A stretch of 64,000 bases of DNA, taken from positions 33,703-97,702 of IMG/VR virus record IMGVR_UViG_3300023179_009191. One strand, 5' to 3'. The notes under the pieces were generated by a model that was not told the DNA's origin, made no database searches, and saw nothing but the letters and a program-made list of their open reading frames with translations. Both the position numbers and the translations under genes were made by a program. The stretch's first letter is position 1, and each line of letters opens with the position of its first letter. This stretch comes from a virus. Shown here piece by piece: positions 59,449 to 64,000 of the stretch.

Positions 59449-60293
59449 TTTTTATTGTTTTTAAGTTTTTTGAGTGTATCAATAACTTGTTGTTCAGAAA
59501 AAAAAGGTGGTTGATTGGGATAGTGACCATGCTTTATTTTATATTTTTCTCTGCCACCATATACATTTTTTTCCCATTGCTCTTTCTTGTTTGCAATACT
59601 GCTGTTATCAATTGCACCAGGTGCTTCTGTGAGAAACTTATGTGAATCAAATATGTCCGCAAACCACCAAAAAGGCGGATGGTATCCTGCTTTTATAATT
59701 CTATATGTAAGGTCAACATGCTCCCATGCATTATAAAATTGTTCATCATGCAGCCCTACTTTCTCTAGCACATCTCTATCAAAATATGAAAACATGGCAA
59801 CTGTATGTTCAAATAGAGAGACTTTTATATTATTACCATAATCAATAATTTTCTTGGGATTAGGTTCAGAGTGTTGATTGCATAAATGTCTGTTATGTAA
59901 ATCCCATAAAACACTGGGGTCCTGTTTTCTATTAAAAGGACTGCCAGGACCGTAATTAAAATGCTTAATTCCTGAGACTTTGGCAGCTTCTATATATTTG
60001 TCAAACACGTCTTCTCTTAACAAAATAATATCATCCTCAAGCATAAAAATATGTTTGACATCTTGATTTAAAAGATACTGCAAAGCATCATTTTTGCTTA
60101 TGCCGACACCTTGATTTGTTTTGTGCTGAATAAGATTAAAATTGTTTTTGTATGTTTTTATACTATTAGAAATGTCCAGTTTACCATCATTTATAATAAC
60201 TACAGGTCCATTTATTTTGGGGAGACTTTTTAAGCATTTATCTAGGAAATCTATTCTATCACATGTAACTATGCCTATGCCTATTTTTTCCAT
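59445..60293 (-). CDS. GT2 glycosyltransferase
   Basis: GIVTCDR, NQGV..SKN, LEDD, DE.F...EH.D..YR. Confidence 0.85.
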   Translation of the reverse strand: MEKIGIGIVTCDRIDFLDKCLKSLPKINGPVVIINDGKLDISNSIKTYKNNFNLIQHKTNQGVGISKNDALQYLLNQDVKHIFMLEDDIILLREDVFDKYIEAAKVSGIKHFNYGPGSPFNRKQDPSVLWDLHNRHLCNQHSEPNPKKIIDYGNNIKVSLFEHTVAMFSYFDRDVLEKVGLHDEQFYNAWEHVDLTYRIIKAGYHPPFWWFADIFDSHKFLTEAPGAIDNSSIANKKEQWEKNVYGGREKYKIKHGHYPNQPPFFSEQQVIDTLKKLKNNKK

Positions 60294-60326
60294 ATGGTTT
60301 TTTATATTTTAGTATAAATAATGTTA

Positions 60327-61058
60327 ATGGCAATAAATGCTTCTAATAGTAATTTTGTAAACATAAACAATCTGCCTAAATCTCAGATTGCTTTGGATCC
60401 TGATCTTCTGGTTTTGCAAACACAAAACGGTACTCAAGCTATTACTTTTGAAAATTTTAATGTAGTAAAGACTGATGAAAATGGAAATGCTACAGTAACA
60501 GGAGATTTGAGCGGCGGTTATGCTGATCTTAAATCTGCATATGTAGGCGAAATAAGTGTTGATCAAGTTTATTCTAATAATTTGCTTGGTACAACTAATA
60601 GCATGGCATATCAAAACAGAATACAGACGACAAATGGTATAATTACTTCTTCTGATTATACAATTGGTTCACCTGAATATGTTAGCCTCTATAATCTGTA
60701 TCAAACTCTCTCAGCAAATTCTTCATCTTATTACAAAAAAGTTTTTGAATCAGTAACAACAGCAACTGTAAACAATGGTGCCCAGTATTCACAAATAATG
60801 TCTGTATCTCCAACTCCGCTTAATTATCAAGGCATTAAAGTAGGCAGTCTGATTGGAGCTGATATCAATGGAGCTTCCTTCTTCTGTCTTACACCAGTAC
60901 CAAATGGTGTTTACCTTACACAGTCTCCTGCAGCTTTAAGTGGTCTTTCTTATAATTCTCTGACTGATACTCTGACGTTTGTAATTACCCTTGGGGTTGC
61001 AAATACAACAGGTCAGCCAAATTATGTAAAATGCAGATTGGTTTATTTTTACGAATAA
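60327..61058 (+). CDS. late Ser/Thr/Asn-rich virion (tail/baseplate) protein
   Basis: TATAAATA upstream; NINNLP...DLL..QT..GT..I.F.NF N-terminal module. Confidence 0.65.
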   Translation: MAINASNSNFVNINNLPKSQIALDPDLLVLQTQNGTQAITFENFNVVKTDENGNATVTGDLSGGYADLKSAYVGEISVDQVYSNNLLGTTNSMAYQNRIQTTNGIITSSDYTIGSPEYVSLYNLYQTLSANSSSYYKKVFESVTTATVNNGAQYSQIMSVSPTPLNYQGIKVGSLIGADINGASFFCLTPVPNGVYLTQSPAALSGLSYNSLTDTLTFVITLGVANTTGQPNYVKCRLVYFYE

Positions 61059-61059
61059 A

Positions 61060-61272
61060 CTATTTGGTATGAAATAGTAAAGCTTTGTTGAGTTTCACTA
61101 AAGCTTTTTTTGGTTCTAAGCCTTCATCAATAAGTCTTTTGTATTCTTTCTTAAAAGCTACAACAAATTCTTCAGATAGATTAAAATTTTTTGGATAAAA
61201 CTCTCTTCTTATCCATTTTATAGATTTAAAATTTTCGTTTATCTTTTCAAAGGCTTGGTTAAATTTTGTCAC
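61060..61272 (-). CDS. small late hypothetical protein
   Basis: ATAAATA upstream, GTG start. Confidence 0.55.
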   Translation of the reverse strand: MTKFNQAFEKINENFKSIKWIRREFYPKNFNLSEEFVVAFKKEYKRLIDEGLEPKKALVKLNKALLFHTK

Positions 61273-61280
61273 CTAAATAT

Positions 61281-62012
61281 TTATTTAAGTAAGAACTTTT
61301 TCCTAAGTTTTATTTCTTCTTCTTCTTTTTCTCTTTCTTTCTTCTGAGCAGTCAGAATGGCTTCCATCATATCCAAGTTTTCCTTGGATAGTATACTCTG
61401 TTCTTCACCAATGAGATCTCCTTGCTCATTTAGGTAAAGTTTTATCATTTCTATACGTTCTTCTGGTAAACCAAATATTTCTATTATGGCAGGTGAATCA
61501 TCCTTTGGAAAAAAGGGTGAATTGCCTGTATGATAAGAGCGTTGAATAGCTTTAAAAATATTATCTATTTCCTTATTATAATTTTGGTCAATTTCTCTAC
61601 CCTCTCTTGCTTCAATTTTTACAGGGGCAACTTTAGTAATTGGAAGCAAGAAAACAATGTCCAAATGTCTCATACTTTCACTAACAAGAGGAATACATTT
61701 ATCAATAAACTCCTTGTCGATATCTGTTGCCTGCTTATCAAAACTCCACATGGAATAAACAAGATTATCCAGAGGGCATCTATCAAAAATTACATGATCT
61801 TCTTTGGTAGTATTCTGTAAATCATTAATAAGACAGTTTAACACTTTCCATTGACTGTCTTTTGTTACTTGCTTGTTTAGTGGTAATTTTTCTTTTTTTA
61901 CAATTTCACGGTAAGATTCTTTTGATCTTGTATAGTTTGGCCATTTTTTAAGAAAATCATTAATGAGGGTTGTTTTGCCTTGACACGCAGTACCAGAAAT
62001 TGCTATTCTCAT
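61281..62012 (-). CDS. P-loop NMP-kinase-like protein (AAA_28)
   Basis: IAISGTACQGKTT, FDRCPLD. Confidence 0.8.
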   Translation of the reverse strand: MRIAISGTACQGKTTLINDFLKKWPNYTRSKESYREIVKKEKLPLNKQVTKDSQWKVLNCLINDLQNTTKEDHVIFDRCPLDNLVYSMWSFDKQATDIDKEFIDKCIPLVSESMRHLDIVFLLPITKVAPVKIEAREGREIDQNYNKEIDNIFKAIQRSYHTGNSPFFPKDDSPAIIEIFGLPEERIEMIKLYLNEQGDLIGEEQSILSKENLDMMEAILTAQKKEREKEEEEIKLRKKFLLK

Positions 62013-62109
62013 TTTACAATATATTTAATTTACTATTATATAATATCAATTTTAAATGATGTATTAAAAATATCGTGAAAAACAGGCATGTGGAAATCCT
62101 GGCATGTGA

Positions 62110-62847
62110 TCAGACTTTCAATGCCTTGTCATAAATGACTAGCTGCAGTCTGGGGCTAAACTGATAGCCATGTTGCTTGCAAAGCTCGGCGACCAGTGGT
62201 GCCATCTCAACATGTTCAGATCGGCTACCACAACAAGGCATGAGCCATACCTTGCTTCTCTTAATATCAAACCGGTTTATATATTTTTCCTCTATTTCAA
62301 TGAGATCTTCTGGCTTAGTAATAACAAATTTAAATCCCGACCCATTGCGAGCATGCCAAGACAATACATCAGGTATGTATCTCTTGTTCTCCGGGTCGCC
62401 ATTGCTGGCTAGCTTGGGTGAAGTTGTGAAGGTAGCGTAATAATCTAGCTGCCAGGAAGGATCAGGCATGATTGTTGCATTAGTCTCAAAATCTATACGG
62501 GGTATGAAGCGGTATTTTTCAGAGAATGCAGCAATAAATTCTAGCAAGTTTTTTTGCTGTATGAGGGGCTCGCCTCCTGTTAATTTGAGCATACTATTTT
62601 TACGTAAATGAGAAACAAATCCTGATTCATCCATGAGCTGAAAAATTTGATCAAATGTAAGTCTGTTCTTTACAGACCAGCTAATAAAACTATCGCATCC
62701 ATGGGGTGAATCCTTGCTAGCAAATCCTTTGCAAGTCAAATTACACATGGATAAGCGCATAAAAACTGAGGGCTTACCCACATGCTCACCTTCACCCTCA
62801 ATAGTATGAAACAGCTTGTCATCTGATAAAAATATAAACTTATCCAT
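62110..62847 (-). CDS. queE: 7-carboxy-7-deazaguanine synthase (radical SAM)
   Basis: F.TIEGEG...G.P.VF.R...CNLTC...CD, LTGGEP, ETN, SPKL, KFV, SPRLQ. Confidence 0.9.
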   Translation of the reverse strand: MDKFIFLSDDKLFHTIEGEGEHVGKPSVFMRLSMCNLTCKGFASKDSPHGCDSFISWSVKNRLTFDQIFQLMDESGFVSHLRKNSMLKLTGGEPLIQQKNLLEFIAAFSEKYRFIPRIDFETNATIMPDPSWQLDYYATFTTSPKLASNGDPENKRYIPDVLSWHARNGSGFKFVITKPEDLIEIEEKYINRFDIKRSKVWLMPCCGSRSEHVEMAPLVAELCKQHGYQFSPRLQLVIYDKALKV

Positions 62848-62894
62848 AACACTATTATATATAAATTATGCAGAAATCAAATAAATATTATTAG

Positions 62895-63647
62895 ATGTCA
62901 AAGAAAGATAGGCAGCTTAAAAAGACTGCTAAAATAGATGAAACAAAGTTTTTGAAGTCTGATATATTTCTCAATTTTAAAATAGATCAGAAGTTTCATT
63001 TAAATGAGCATCACAAAGCGTTTGTAGAAAAAGCCATACAAGATGATTCTCTCATATTATTCTGTGATGGTCCAGCAGGCACATCAAAAACATATTTAGC
63101 AACATATGTAGCTCTAACTATGCTAAAAGACAAGAAAGCTGATGAAGTAGTTTACATAAGAAGCATAGTAGAATCAGCTCATAAAAAACTTGGCAGTTTG
63201 CCAGGTGAAGTAGATGAAAAATTTAAACCATGGAGTATACCCTTAATTGAGAAGTGTGATGAATTGGTAGGTAAGCAAATTACAAACATGCTTTTTGATA
63301 GCAATTATTTAAAATGCATACCTGTAAATTTTCTAAGGGGCAGTACTTTTGCTAATAGTGTGGTTATAGTTGACGAAGCACAAAATTTAGAACATAGCGA
63401 ATTAGTAACAATTTTAACAAGATTTGGAAAAAACTGTAAATTGTTTATTATTGGTGACACAAGACAATCTGATATTTTTGATAGGTCAGGCTTTGAAAAA
63501 ATAATGAATGCTTTTGATACTGAGGAGAGTCATAAGCATGGCATAAGAGCATTTAAGTTTACTGAAGAAGATATCACCAGAAGTAAATTGTTAAAATTCA
63601 TAGTGAAAGTAATATCAGGTATTAAAATTACTGCAGTAAAGAAGTAA
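62895..63647 (+). CDS. phoH: PhoH-family ATPase
   Basis: GPAGTSKT, LGSLPG..EK..P, FLRGSTF, DEAQN, TRFG, GD..Q.D. Confidence 0.93.
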   Translation: MSKKDRQLKKTAKIDETKFLKSDIFLNFKIDQKFHLNEHHKAFVEKAIQDDSLILFCDGPAGTSKTYLATYVALTMLKDKKADEVVYIRSIVESAHKKLGSLPGEVDEKFKPWSIPLIEKCDELVGKQITNMLFDSNYLKCIPVNFLRGSTFANSVVIVDEAQNLEHSELVTILTRFGKNCKLFIIGDTRQSDIFDRSGFEKIMNAFDTEESHKHGIRAFKFTEEDITRSKLLKFIVKVISGIKITAVKK

Positions 63648-63760
63648 AAAGAATTATACTTTTTTCATATTTTCAAGCATGCCTACTTGACTGTTCTTCT
63701 TGACAATTTATTGGTATATATACAAAAATTTTTTTAAATCTTCTTCTGGTGTCTTTAAAT

Positions 63761-63988
63761 TCACTTGCCCCAGCTGGTGCCGGCAAATAGATTGCTGAAC
63801 CCTGATGTGACTTTATTACCCACAGGAGCTGCTTTAATTTCTTTTCTTAAGGGTACATTGTCAATGTTACCTCCTGGGGAGACACTATTTTGTACTTCTG
63901 GTGCAGGTGCTGCTACTGCAGTAGCTACAGGTAGGTTTTGTGCTATTTCAAAATTCTTTATAACTTCTAGATCAATAGCGTTAGTCAC
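63761..63988 (-). CDS. hypothetical protein
   Basis: ORF near window edge. Confidence 0.45.
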   Translation of the reverse strand: MTNAIDLEVIKNFEIAQNLPVATAVAAPAPEVQNSVSPGGNIDNVPLRKEIKAAPVGNKVTSGFSNLFAGTSWGK

Positions 63989-64000
63989 ACCCCCTGTATA

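Noticed and set aside
1-64000. Stop-codon reassignment, DGR or retron
   Set aside because: Core genes are intact in the standard code with all three stops used; no reverse transcriptase or TR/VR pair seen.

Overview
A 64-kb segment of a large T4-like (Tevenvirinae-related) myophage genome using the standard genetic code. The host is uncertain, with weak hints toward the PVC/Verrucomicrobia or Bacteroidota groups. About 0-17 kb is an early accessory region: two tRNAs and an array of about 20 near-identical sigma70-type promoters (TTGAC-N17-YATAAT), most firing leaderless small ORFs (ATG, often ATGATG, 6 nt after the -10). It also holds a minimal RadA/Sms-like ATPase, a SprT-like protease, two antisense HNH endonucleases and one promoter cassette that encodes a highly structured ~145-nt RNA instead of a protein. 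17-30 kb: Hc1 histone-like protein, phosphoribosyltransferase, 3D-domain and GH24 muramidases, a tail fibre with S74 chaperone, nrdAB and a gp5-like hub. 30.6-35 kb: a 7-deazaguanine DNA-modification cluster (TGT/DpdA-like, PurN-like formyltransferase, GMP reductase, Nmad1/MazG-like, NMP-kinase-like, QueF), with QueE at 62 kb. 35-47 kb: head/neck module (gp23, gp22, gp21, gp4, gp13, gp20, gp15), DinG helicase, GroES, gp62 and DUF366. 47.4-60.3 kb: an AT-rich, translationally coupled operon of about 15 glycosyl- and methyltransferases. The last 3 kb hold a second kinase, QueE and PhoH. The best novelty candidates are the structured ncRNA cassette, a possible formyl-preQ1 guanine-replacement pathway that includes GMP reductase, and a putative virion O-glycosylation system (GT island plus an L-S-[A/G] motif enriched in virion proteins). 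All family calls come from motif recognition by eye; no database searches were run.
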